Origin: Styela clava
Lineage: Eukaryota
NCBI RefSeq assembly: GCF_964204865.1
Contig: NC_135259.1
Span: 11,160,001 to 11,224,000, forward strand
Direction of reading: 5' to 3'
DNA length: 64,000 bases
In this document: piece by piece, positions 13,132-25,547 of the stretch
How the letters are laid out: every line of letters begins with the position of its first letter
Position numbering within the stretch: position 1 is the stretch's first letter
The notes under the pieces: model-generated
What the model saw: only the letters and a program-made list of their open reading frames with translations
What the model was told of the DNA's origin: nothing
Database searches by the model: none
Program-made: the position numbers and the translations under genes

Positions 13132-14331
13132 ATAAAAATCACGTAGTCTACTAACTATTCTGAAAGATATCGGTAATCAGCATTTAATTTTTTCACCACA
13201 CTGAAAATAAGCGTTGTACAAACAGTATGAAGAAAAAAACGTAAAACGGGTGGAGGTGGGTGCAAAGAAACGATACTGGTTTAAAGAGCAGTGACACTCG
13301 TCTACAGTAAATAATACAGAAGAGAGAAAAAAGTCAAACATAGTATCAATAACAAAAATCATTGAAAAAACGGAACCCATCACATACAAACATATGACTC
13401 CAAGCACTGTCTAGTAAGGTAACCAATACGAGCGGCATTTCAAAGACACGGGAGCACTACAAACATGGCCAGAGTAACAAACATTAACTAAGAGGGAATA
13501 AAATTCAACGGGTCAGACTGGTCAATGAAAGCTATCCTTCCATGTTTTCATGTTACCATTAACAGTTGTGAGCCACCAAGAATCACCACAAGATAAAATA
13601 TTATAAGTTTAAATTCAAGTATTACATCCAGATTCCATGTTTTCAAAGTTTTTTTTTTTAAAAAAATAAGGCCTTCTTTTTTCATTACTTGTAATTTGAT
13701 TGGTCAAGCTCAAGGCGCAAAACAGAATTTTGATTTCAAACTTCAAAAAGAGAAAAAGAAAGTTGAGGGAGATTAACGTGATTAAGTGGGTCTGAAATAA
13801 CGCAACGAGCCCAAGATTCCACTTTGCTGTGGAACAGATCGAAGAAATGTGACTCACACGTGTGTAAAATAAATTAAACTCTGGAGCCCTCCTACATCAA
13901 TAACAATTTGAAAGTAATTCAAACATCGAAACTGCAAAAAAGTCAAAACGATTGAAAAATGAATCATTTGTATTACTCTTCGATGCTTAAATAATTATTA
14001 TAGAAATTATTGAAAATTTCGATTCAATTCGAAATGGAATATGATGTAAGGCACTTGTAGATCAATACAGCAATTGATTACTATATATTTTTATCTTATG
14101 TTGTTGACAAGCAAATAAACACTTAATTTTAGAATACACTCGACTGACATCATACCTCGTTGAAAGGGTGACTCAAAATACACAATAAAGATATTGAATG
14201 TCACGAAAATAGCCTTGATTTGAAATTCTGAAATTTCAAAACCTTACTTATATCCGTTTAAGAAATCTCATTTTCAAATTTTTCTATTGAAATCGAAATC
14301 GAATCAGTTTAAGAATTTCGCCAGCGCCCTC

Positions 14332-14338
14332 TATAAAA
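14332..14338 (+). promoter_or_regulatory. Candidate TATA box of precursor gene A
   Basis: TATAAAA in a GC-rich context (GCGCCCTC-TATAAAA-GCGG) about 470 nt upstream of ATG 14807. An acceptor-like TTATTGCAG at 14755-14763 implies a 5'UTR intron or a trans-splice site. Confidence 0.4.
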
Positions 14339-14806
14339 GCGGAGGAGGGTATACATCACAATTCATATAATATTCAATTTGTGCATTTGCGTGAGAATTA
14401 CGTGAGATTGTTCAATAGTAATTTTTGGATTTGGATTTGAAGTTTTCAAATTCAGAACAACCGTTTTAATTCCGTTTAATTTTGCACCAAATGCGACGTA
14501 TGTATAAGGCCGTAACAATTGCATGCAAAATTTGTACCCCAGAAAGTTATTGTTGGACATTTTGATAAATTTATTTCAATAAAGGTTGATCTTTTAAATT
14601 TATGATTAAGGATATACTTTGAATTATCAAAATTGTCAAATATTATAAATCGAAAAAGGAATAATATGAGACTGTAAATTATGCGCTGTAATTTTCTGGT
14701 CTGTAAATGATTGAAATCATGGATTTCTAAAAGCATTGAATATTTTGTTTTCAATTATTGCAGTTATACTTATCGATATACAAAGGAATCTTGAATAAAT
14801 CTCAAA

Positions 14807-17589
14807 ATGAAGTTTCTCATTGTTGCAACAATTGCTGTGCTATTTTTGGCCGCAGAAAGTCGCAGACTGCAACCCTCTCAATGCGAATCGGGAAGAATCG
14901 TAATAGCTTTGATGGGAATCTGCCCTATGGAAGGTAATTTGAATCATTTCATTTTAGAAGAAACATTGATATTTATTGACGCAAACATTGTAAAAAAAAT
15001 CTATCATTCAGATGCGGAAATCTGCAGAGATATTTGTGACGGAACAGAAGTTAAAGATATAGAAGAATGCTCTCTCACGCCAGAATGTTGTTGGAACGGT
15101 CATCATTGCGCGATGAAAATTGTAAGATATATTTTAGACGAGCTTTTATAATTTACCACTTCAAAATTCATATTCGAAAAAATTAAAACTCACTTGGTAT
15201 ATATATTAGTAGTCATTGCAATGATTTCACGCCAACCAACTGTTTTAGTTTATCATGATTAAAAAATGATTATTCTAATTTAAATTATTGTTAATCCATA
15301 ATCAGAATTTCCATACACGACCTTACAGCTTCTGAATAAATAATGCTTATCTGATATTCGTGAAATGGCTTTGTTTTAAACAGTCGCCGTTACACAAGTT
15401 ACCATATTATCACAGTCTTGTTATTGTACATATATGTTGAAATAAGGCAAATTAAAGTTTTATTATGGTGAGATATAACACATGCAAATGCTTTATAGAT
15501 CCCATCCTATATCGTGGATAAAGACGACACAGTGGAGGAAGAAAATCATGACAAGAAAGTCGACACCTCCGGGGTACGTTTTTTCGTCTGTTGAATAATA
15601 CACCATTTTAGTTCTTAATTCTTGAACAAATAAGATACTGTCAATTTTGAAAGTAACTTAATTTAGTATGTTGCGTAGATTGGAAATTCGTGTTTGACAA
15701 GCACGTAATATCGCAAAATAAGATTTTCATTGAGTTGCTTCTTATTTACAAATTACAGAAGACGCTTTCCCGTGTAAGACGCCAGTCCTCTAAAAGAAAT
15801 GAAATTAGCATTGAAGCTGTAAGTACGGAAGTGAATAATTGTTGTTGTTTTATGATCTTTTACAATCAGACTAACCGATTAACTTGCTTATCTAACAGAA
15901 CGCCGAAGGAAAAGACGGCAGAGTTGATGCTGAATATAGAAGGGTAAATACTATTATGGTATTTTTTAAATTTTTTGAGTCACAAACACAATCCTAAATT
16001 TCAAGCGGGATAATTCTCCTGGGCAAAAAACAGTGCCAAATGATGCATACTAGCACTATTGATGCCATGGAATATTTTAAAAGGAAATTAGTTTGGAACT
16101 ACCGAATTATTTACATATCTATCAGGGTATTACAGAAACTTTCAGTAATCCCGTAATTGTATATGAAAAATTCACATCAATATTGAATACAAATATTCCT
16201 TCTATTTTCAGAACAACAGAGATTCGAAATATACGATTGGTGGAGTGAGTCGTTTATCTTCTAGTATGTTGCAATGATAGAATTTGATGCTGAGTCCGTA
16301 TGAATTTGCGAACAAGATTTTTGGCTTAATTCAAAGAATTGTTTATTACATTGTCAGATTCATATTATTGTAAATATCATCTCGCGCAGAGCGAACAGCA
16401 GTTCTACAAGAAAAACACTGTTAATAGTCAGTCACAAAATCTGTCAGCATTTTACTTGAAAAACTGATTTAGGAAGATTTCGAAAATCATAAATCGGACT
16501 TTATTGGTTGTCGGTATACCGTACAATTTTTGTATTCCCCGTTTCAATAAACTACATACTATTATATATAAGAAAATTGTTCAGATGCTAGAACGACCCG
16601 AATGTATTATGGAGACGTTTTTTCTTCTCCCTGATACGACATCATAGTCGTATATAAATAAAACATGTATAATTATTTAACCATGACCTTATTTCCTCAG
16701 CATGCAACAACTTACGGTGATTATGGAGTTCGTGGATCCTATGAAAAGGTAAGTTTAGATTTGAATTTTTAATATGGAGATATTTCGATACCACATCAGT
16801 GGATATATTTTTGTTTTTGTCACATCATGTTAACTCCTGTATCATTTCATTGACGTCAAGTTTCCTAGATGTGGGAAATTTGAGCAGCCAATCTGGTGAA
16901 AGTACGGCCTTAATTTTGTTCACGACAATACTGTTAATTTACAAACAAAAGTATTAACTTTCTCTTGGGCATCTTGCGCATCGCGCTATTTGCCTGCGTT
17001 TGACTGCTTAATTTGTTGACATTTTTAAATTTAATATTTCAGAAACTTGGCCGTGGACGCTTTGGAGTAAGCGGAGTAAGTATTTATTTTTTATTTTCTT
17101 TATTGCCGTGAAAAGCATATGTTTTCATTAGGTGTGTTTGACAAGGAACGGAGACAAGGAACATGTCTGATGTCTAAATACAGCCATGTATGTAACAAAT
17201 AAGTTATTCAAATGACTGCAATGTTTTAGGTTCTGTGTGGTCGAATCAATTGTTACAGTTTTGTCGTTGACTTTTGTGGATTGTCATTTTTCATATTGTT
17301 TCAAATTTCCTCAAACATCTTCATTTACCAAAGCGTGTAGTTAGGTATATATGAAATCAGTTTTTGGTTTCAATTAGCTGGACACAAATCTTACTGTACA
17401 AATCTTTTAGCGCAGCAAACATAGTCTAAAAAAAATCAATGCAGTTCCAATAAAAATAAAATCATTAATGTGAAGTTTGGGGCTGTATACTTAGCTGCAT
17501 TTATTTATGAATATTGAATTTACATATAACAGGGATACAGCAGATATGGGGGATCCCGCATTGGTGCAAGATACAGCTTTCCATTTTAA
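14807..17589 (+). CDS. Prepro-peptide A (195 aa): signal peptide, 8-Cys domain, acidic spacer, furin site RVRR, 83-aa cationic Gly-rich attacin/diptericin-like candidate antimicrobial peptide
   Basis: Exons 14807-14933, 15012-15121, 15499-15573, 15759-15818, 15899-15943, 16212-16244, 16701-16748, 17043-17075, 17533-17589, all GT-AG. Predicted mature part: QSSKRNEISIEANAEGKDGRVDAEYRRNNRDSKYTIGGHATTYGDYGVRGSYEKKLGRGRFGVSGGYSRYGGSRIGARYSFPF. Exon sizes and phases match paralog B. AATAAA at 17770. The gene structure is well supported; the function is inferred. Confidence 0.85.
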
Positions 17590-17927
17590 ATTATACGAAG
17601 ACGAAGATGAATGGACGAACAGATCAGCATTTCATCCATTTAATGAAATTTATCTACCTATACCCATAAACATTCATTCATTAGACACATAAATATATTC
17701 TCATTAAATTGCTAACTTCCATGTAGCTTCACATTATTCAGATTCATTTCTTTCATATAGATTGGCATCAATAAACTCTTACTCCTGCATAAATAATTTG
17801 GTGTTTAAAAAATTGGGCGTGGTATTTTGAAGAGCATACCTTTAATAGGACCAGAACCTCAAGCCGGAAACGACAGTCTATTCTATAGCTTTGCCAGTAA
17901 ATAGTTATCAGCATGTGAGGTATAAGT

Positions 17928-18025
17928 TGAGAACTCGGAGGGAGAGAGAGAGAGAGAGAGAGTCGGAGTCAAATATTTTTACAACCCGGACGCGGAGCCA
18001 ATTGTTAGAGTTCTCCGACTCCACA
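17928..18025. repeat. (GA)n microsatellite inside a small GGAGTCGGAG / CTCCGACTCC inverted-repeat element
   Basis: GA run at ~17942-17963 and inverted GAGTCGGAG motifs; related motifs at ~33373-33421. Confidence 0.5.
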
Positions 18026-21000
18026 GTCCACAGATTTTGTTGGTGAAGGCTACTTGACTATAACTTCTGATTGTTTATATCTCATGGATAAAAGTCTACT
18101 TGGTATCGTTAAATACTTTTATAAATGCAGTGTTATTCATGGGAAACTTTTTTAAATACAGCCCAATAAGCTAAGATTATCACACGATCAACTTGCAATC
18201 GGCTGTCTAACTATTTATTAAATGATACTTCAGATGTCGCAAAAATAAGAAGTTTTTACATCAAAATCATTGTTTTAGTCCAAATAATTGTTTCAAGCAT
18301 CAAATATTTATCATGTTAATATCGCATCGTGTCTGTGCTTGTTTTCACGATCTTAATTTGATTTCAAATGTTATAATTAAAAATAGGTGACTATATCAAT
18401 TTAAAATCTGAAAAATGCAGAAATTTGTTTCCTGTATTTATCAAAAAATGCAATTTGAAAAATTCCAAACGCCACAATGTTTGACTTCAGGACGAGTAGA
18501 AATGTACAGTTATTCATAGCAAAAAATTTGATTGAATTTTACCAAAAAAAAAATTTACTTGAAGAGTGAACGTTGGTTATCCGTTACAAAAAAACATTTA
18601 TTTTTAAAGTAGAGCAGTGTACACATACAACAAACTAACTCAAACGCAATCAGTTGCAGGAACAGCAAAATCTAATAACAACATAACAAGAATTGTATTA
18701 CCTAACGAGTAATAGCGAACAGATGAACATGTTTTGTTTATTAGGGTTTCAAAAGCATTTATAGATGGAATATTTTAAGATAAAATATTTATTTGCAAAG
18801 TTGCAGACAAATTTATTTCTTATTTCTATTTTCAAAATTAAAATTGAAACCTATTTGAGAATATAATTACGGAATTAGTATTACAAGCATCATATTAATG
18901 TTCCATACCAAATGCAGTTCAACGAGTTATTTCACCATCTGCTAAGCCTTTTCTTTAAGAGCCTCAATATTGTTCCTTCGCCGCACGTCTAGATGGTATG
19001 AATTGGATACATTATTGTACCGTGTATACACAAGGTTCGTTTGCTACGGTCTTGAAGATTTTCCGCTATTTAGGTGAAGTAAAATACTTTCAAATTTGAT
19101 TTGCTTGAAAAATGATTTCAAACCTGTCAAATTAGCAGTTCTTCGCATGGGTATTATTTTTAGATTCGACTTCATGTGAAACAGCGTGCTCGTATTTTGT
19201 ATCGTATTAAGCGAAAAGGTGTGTTTAAGTCATCAACGACTATTTATTGGAAAGCGTCACAAGACAATATTTGCGATAACTCTGTTGTATTAGTTTCTAT
19301 TACCTTTGCAAAACACATTCTCAAATTCCATTTTCACCGCTGGCCAATGGCATTGAGCTTATCATTTTCATCTTTGCAAACAAACTACACCACTGGTTCC
19401 CAACCGCCGACCAGCGTCCACCTACCTGTCGGTCCGCGAAATATATATCATTGCAACAAGGAATTGACGGCCTGCCCATTTCTTTTGTTTTACATCCTAT
19501 AGATGCGTAAACCAAACTTGAACAGAGGTCCTAGTTAGGCCTATGTTGAGCCTTGAACGGTTTGGTGTTTCGTCTATGGCGTCATAACGGTACATTGTAA
19601 CGCAGCAGTTCGAGAGCAGATAGTTGTGGTTTTTAACCTTTGAATGCCTTCCGAAACCCTACGTTACTCTGGAAGCTTTCGTCGAACCCCAATGTTTTGA
19701 AAAGTTGAAATCAGGGGCGCAACCAGAAATATATGAAGGAAGGCTAATTTACTGCAAGGTTATAGAAAATACAACCGCCTTTGATCAACAGAGTAGGAAT
19801 TTGTTGCGTTATTATTACGGAAAGGTTAAGTTTTAATGGCTAAATTTGAAAACATTTCCAAAAGATTATCAACCCCAAACCACTTGAGTGGGCCACTGGT
19901 TATATGCATAGCAACATAAATTGCGATAAAAAAAACAACTACTCGTAGTTAATCGAACAGGTCTCGTTCCTGGTTGAGCTATTTCACAAAAGAAATCTCG
20001 CAATTGCAAAAACTTTTCGGACAAACTCGGAACTACCACGAACATTGTGGTGTAAACCTAGATAACCATACACCGTGTTGAAAAAACTTCTGTGCCACGT
20101 TAGCGTCCGCGGTAGGAGACTTGTTGGCAGACCAATAAGTGTGTGACTGGGAAGGGAAAAAGTTACAGGGCAAAAATAACAACTTTGAAAATCCGAAAGC
20201 TAAAATGATGTATTGAAAGCGTTGTGGCCCAAGTCATTCGCACCCCAGACTTCAAGGAACAATCTGGTGGAGATAAGAGGATTGTTTTAAAGAAATATAG
20301 ATACGGTATGACACAGCACCAGGACGTCCACATTCCTCAATTTCCATATTCATTCGCGTGATCTTACCTCCCATTTTCAACTTGTGCTTAAAAGAGCTAC
20401 ATTTTACTAGTAGATTATGATTATGAACGTTACGCAAATATTCAGCTTAAAATCAAAGGGTTTCTCATATTATTCTAAGATATTTCCATAATCAAGTGGC
20501 ATCTTAAAACGCGTGCGACGTTAAAGTTAAGTTTTTGATTAACCGGGATATAAGATATAACTGTAATTGACAGTTCCAAAAAAACTTGTATCGTGTGGAA
20601 CTGCACATAGTTAACCCCTGGAATAGCTTCACCAAACCCCAGGGGTTCGATCGAACCAAGATTTAGAAACACTGGTAGTACCTGCCTTATTGAATTTTAA
20701 ACTGGTAACTCGTCTGGGAAACCTTTGGATTGTTAATCCCCTTTCAAAGGATTGGTACAATTTAAACGCTGTTGAGAAAGAATCGATGATTGAACCTATT
20801 TTCGATACCACGTTGATGTTGGATGATAAAAACTTGAATTTGTTCACAGTTTTGATGAAGAACTTCTTTAACGACACGTTTTTCTTTTCATATCAATCAT
20901 TAGCCCAAATTTCTGATTACACGCATTCAAATTATTTTAAAATAAATAGATATTTAGCATAATAAAGTGCCGATACAATTTTATAGTTGAAAATTAAAAA

Positions 21001-21922
21001 ATGCAAGAAAAAGCTAGATTTGGGTAATACAAGTAAAGTAAAAAATTGATGAGTCAATGCTAATGCTCATGACAAGCCTTACTGAAATAGTTTATTATGC
21101 ATTGCGTAATTCAAATTTGTTTTCGGCTTCGTGTCGTGCAAATGCGTATTTTGAAATTTGTTTTTGGCTAAGTGTCGTGCAAATGCGTATTCTGTGGAAT
21201 TATGGTTGTTTTCAATTCACAGGAATCGAATCCTTAATTTCCCAAATTATTTCCAACAAAAATGTTCAAGATTAACTTTATTATAAATCGAAACCAATCC
21301 AGGCTGAAAACGATTGAAATGGAGCAGTTTCTATATATACAAAATAAAGAAATTGTGTTTGCGTTCACAGCAAAAAATAATACCATGATGTAATACTGGA
21401 TTGACATCAGAATAAATATATCCAAACTGCATCTCCTGCATATCGAAAATTTGTTAAGTATTGCTCAACGACCATCGGCAAATGAATAATTAGGTTTCGA
21501 CCGCATTTATAACTGAAATAAATTGTAGCTCAAATTGAAATTGCAAATATCAAAACTAATAGAAACTTATTGAATATTATAAATACCAAATTGGACCAAT
21601 TTGCAAGCGTTGAAAATTATATAAATACCAGTACTGTTTTGGTGATACACATTTTTAATTAGTGATAGCTATGATGTTACAGTGAAGCAGAAGAAATTTA
21701 TTATCACTTTACCACGAATTTATAATTGTTGATATGAAAATCTCTCGAAATTATTAGAATATTTCATGCTAAACAAACTATTAATTCTTTGTCAATTTAA
21801 AAGTAGTTCAACAGTGGCTCATGCAAAATCAAATAATCATTTATTTCTATGTTTCCATTCTTTTATTAGTCTGGCAAGTTTTTATCGTTACAACGGATTC
21901 GATCAAAACTGTTGATAACAAT

Positions 21923-24487
21923 ATGAAGATCCTACTTCTAGCGGTGGTAGGTGTGCTTTTTGTTGCAACAGAAAGTCGGAGACTCAATCCATCTCAATGC
22001 GAATTGGGTAAAATAATGATCGCTATATCTGGAATCTGCCCGCTCAAAGGTAGATCAAACATTTTTATTTATTTAAACATTTCTGGTACATAGTGAAAAT
22101 GTAAAACATACAGTGGTCAAATATTCTTTCAGATTTTCGTACCTGTGTAGATGTTTGCGATGGGAGAGAAATCACTGATTTAGTCGAATGCTCTGTTACC
22201 CCCGAATGTTGCTGGACCGGTGACCAATGTACAAGGAAAGTGGTGAGTTTTATTTACTTTTACTTTTATTTATTTCTATATAGTACAAGCACGTATTAAT
22301 AACTGATCTTTAATTTGTAAAAACATTTTTGCTCCCCTTATACGATGCGTGCTGTTTCTTGCATTCCGAAATATGAGGCATTGAATCTTTTTGATCTTAA
22401 GATTACATTCTTGAATGTCAATGAAGAATATGACGGTTCGTCTAAAAGAGATGAAGATTCAACTGAGTCGTTCCAGGTAGGAGTTTATAGCCAATTATCC
22501 TTATTTAATTGTTTTACATAATACCAGAGTCACAGTTGATCAACGTCTTCTGCAGATATTTGCATTAGGCTATCTTATTAAATTGACAAAGACAAAGCTT
22601 TTTTATTAAACTTGAAAAATCGAGCCCATAAAACAATAAAAACAGCTTTCGAAAACAGACAAAAACACAAAATATGACCGAGAAGCCTAAAACTAATACA
22701 ATGCAATCTTTTACCAACGTTTTATTTTTTTAACTAGTTTTTTGCTTTTGTTGGTTTAAAGTTAATATTCTTTCACAGAATCAAGTATCCCGAGTTAAAC
22801 GCCAGCTACCAACGCGACCGCCTACATTTATGCCACGAATAACATTTATGCCACGAATAACACCGAAAAGACCTGATATAACTATTGCAGCAGTAAGTTG
22901 ATTTAGTCCATTTTCCTGGTATATTTATATCGTATAAAAATCAATTTATTTAAAGATTGAATATAGAAACAAAAATCAAACTATTTAACGACGAATATAA
23001 ATTAGACTAAAATGTCTGTTAGGGATTTTTCGAGCTTGAGTTCGGGAGAAAATGAGTATGTTAATAATATTCACCTAATTTTTGAATTCTTACTAAAAGT
23101 AAAGTTGTGAAAAACGTTTTGAGTTGACTAATTCGAAGTTTTATTTTGTTGGAAACACGAATTCATGATAATTTCTATTTAATAAACAGATGGCTCGTGG
23201 GAAATATTTCAAAGTTGATGCCGAATACCGTGACGTAAGTTTAAATTTGTATATTTTCAAGCTAAAATCTTTATTACCTACATGCATTTATAAACCAAAT
23301 TAATAGATGAATAACAAAAATTCAAATAATTTTCAATTTTAGAGGAACGACAAATATAATTGGATGGTAGGAGGGGTAAGCACAATATAGATTATATATG
23401 TTCATTTTTTGTTTACATTTTCAAGCGCGCCATGTAACGTAACGGCAATAGTGACAATGTCCCAGTTTAGATTAGACTCCCAGATTGAACATTGGCGACA
23501 ACTGAAATTTTTATCGAGTTCCTTTTTAATATTTTGGTTTCATTATTAATTTAAATATAATGTTGTTAAAATGAGCATACTATAAGTCTAATTTATATAA
23601 AAATATTATTGGTTTTAAGCTAATATGACATTTTTTAACAAATTTATTCAGCATACATCAAATTTCGGGGACCATGGAGTTCGAGGAGCTATTGAGAGAG
23701 TAAGTTCATTACTATCACTTCAAGTTTTCAATAATCAAGGCTTGTAATAATCTTTCATGATGCAACTTCATTTGGTGGCTTGCACGATTACTATTTTAAA
23801 GAAATTTCATTCTTTCCCATACTCATTCATTAATTAAACTTTTTGTATTCGATCAGTTAATGTTGTAAAGATATATCTCATGCCAAATTGCTGACGTGCA
23901 TTACGATCGTCACTGTTTCATTAAATTTTCATATCATATTTATTTGTGTAATATGTATTTAAATTGATTCAACATTTTTTGAATTTCAGAAAGTTGGACC
24001 AGGATATTTTGGTGTAAATGCGGTAAGTTAGTACTGTTCTTTATGTTGCATTGAGTAAATACGTTAGTCGGTGTAGATGTGAAATAAAGACGCTATCAAT
24101 TTAATACAATGCAATTAGGCAATGAATTTCACTAAGAAAATGGTTTTAAATAACGATTTATACTTCAATCATATGCGACACCATTTGCATTTTGAGTTTA
24201 CCTCATTGAGATAAACTTACTACTTACTTACTAAGAAGTATTTAGCTTGTTCAATCTATATCGTATACTACAATGAATACCCAAGGTCTCCTGAGTGCAA
24301 ACAAAGCTCTAGGAATTGTGGGAATATAACTGATGTATAATTTGTATCGTATGCCGTTTCAATTTGTTCAGTGTAAGCTGTCATAAAAATGACGAGACTA
24401 ACAACAACTGTTTAATAGGGACATAGTACATTTGGAGGATCTCGAGCTGGCCTTAGTTTCAGAATACCATTTGGAAGAAAACGTTAA
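21923..24487 (+). CDS. Prepro-peptide B (217 aa), paralog of A: furin site RVKR, Pro/Arg-rich N-terminal segment, Gly-rich domain, C-terminal amidation signal F-GRKR
   Basis: Exons 21923-22049, 22133-22242, 22402-22476, 22779-22892, 23190-23234, 23343-23375, 23652-23699, 23990-24022, 24419-24487, all GT-AG. Predicted mature part: QLPTRPPTFMPRITFMPRITPKRPDITIAAMARGKYFKVDAEYRDRNDKYNWMVGGHTSNFGDHGVRGAIERKVGPGYFGVNAGHSTFGGSRAGLSFRIPF(GRKR). Confidence 0.85.
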
Positions 24488-25547
24488 TGACTACATGCTT
24501 CATATTTGGATATAGCTTTCATGTTCATCTCATTTCTAATATTACGTAAACCACATATATTCAATGACCACACGTACTGCTTCTATATAAACACTTAACC
24601 ATATATATATAACCTAATAAATATGTAACTTCAAAAAATGTTTTATTGTCATTTATCTAATGGTTTGAAGGGGTAGTGGATTTTCAAAAAAACTATTATT
24701 ATCGGTGGATTTTTGGATTGAATGACATATTTTTCGTCATTGCTTCAAGCCTGAGAGCTAAAATAAATAGTCGCGTATGCAAAGGCGCAGGAAGGAATAT
24801 TATATTAGTTCGTTCGAGTGACCAAGAAGTAATCGAATACAGGATATCTAATCTGCGATGAAGCACCTATTTAGGTTAATATGTCGGACAACTTGCTTCG
24901 TCTATTTACGGATTATTGAATTGATAAAATTGCTTTTAATAAAAATCAAACAAATAACAGATATATAGATGTTTCTGTTCCAAAGCCAAATAGATTTCCA
25001 CGTGTTATCCACGAGTCGATAACCAATTGCTCGTTAATGATCAAAAAATTATCAAATACCCAAAACAGTAACAGCGAGTTTTTATTTTATATATGATCAA
25101 GTCATGTGAGGAAATTTGCCACTTCGAAATGCAACGAATTAAGTGAACAATCGTCTGAATAAAAAGCACTTCTTATTTTGCAATTAATTAAAAGGATTAA
25201 TTTGTTTCTTGACTGAAAACTTAAGTTTACCTTAACTCAAACGGTGTTGTATTCCGAATGGGTATATTTTTGCTGTTAGTCTGAATAGCATGATATGACA
25301 TACGAAAAAGATAACAAGACGCAATTAATTTAGTTTGGCACATACATCAATAATACCAAATCAAGTCTTCCTGTTGTTGGACATAATGGTAATTCCATAT
25401 ATTTCACAATCAATCAGAAAATTATCCTAAAAAATATTGCACCTATATTTACAATAAACTTGTGAAGTACTTGAATTTAAAACAAGAGAGCACTGATCAA
25501 ATAGATGAAATAGAAAGCCAAAACGAAGAAGTATTAAATCTTTTACA

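Noticed and set aside
21821-21922. Upstream in-frame ATG extending precursor B by 34 aa
   Set aside because: Paralog A starts at the equivalent of 21923 with a matching 127-nt exon and signal peptide; the extension spans an acceptor-like pyrimidine tract ending TTAG near 21869.
23022-23031. kB-like site GGGATTTTTC in intron 4 of precursor B
   Set aside because: A single degenerate 10-mer with no clear counterpart in paralog A; expected by chance.
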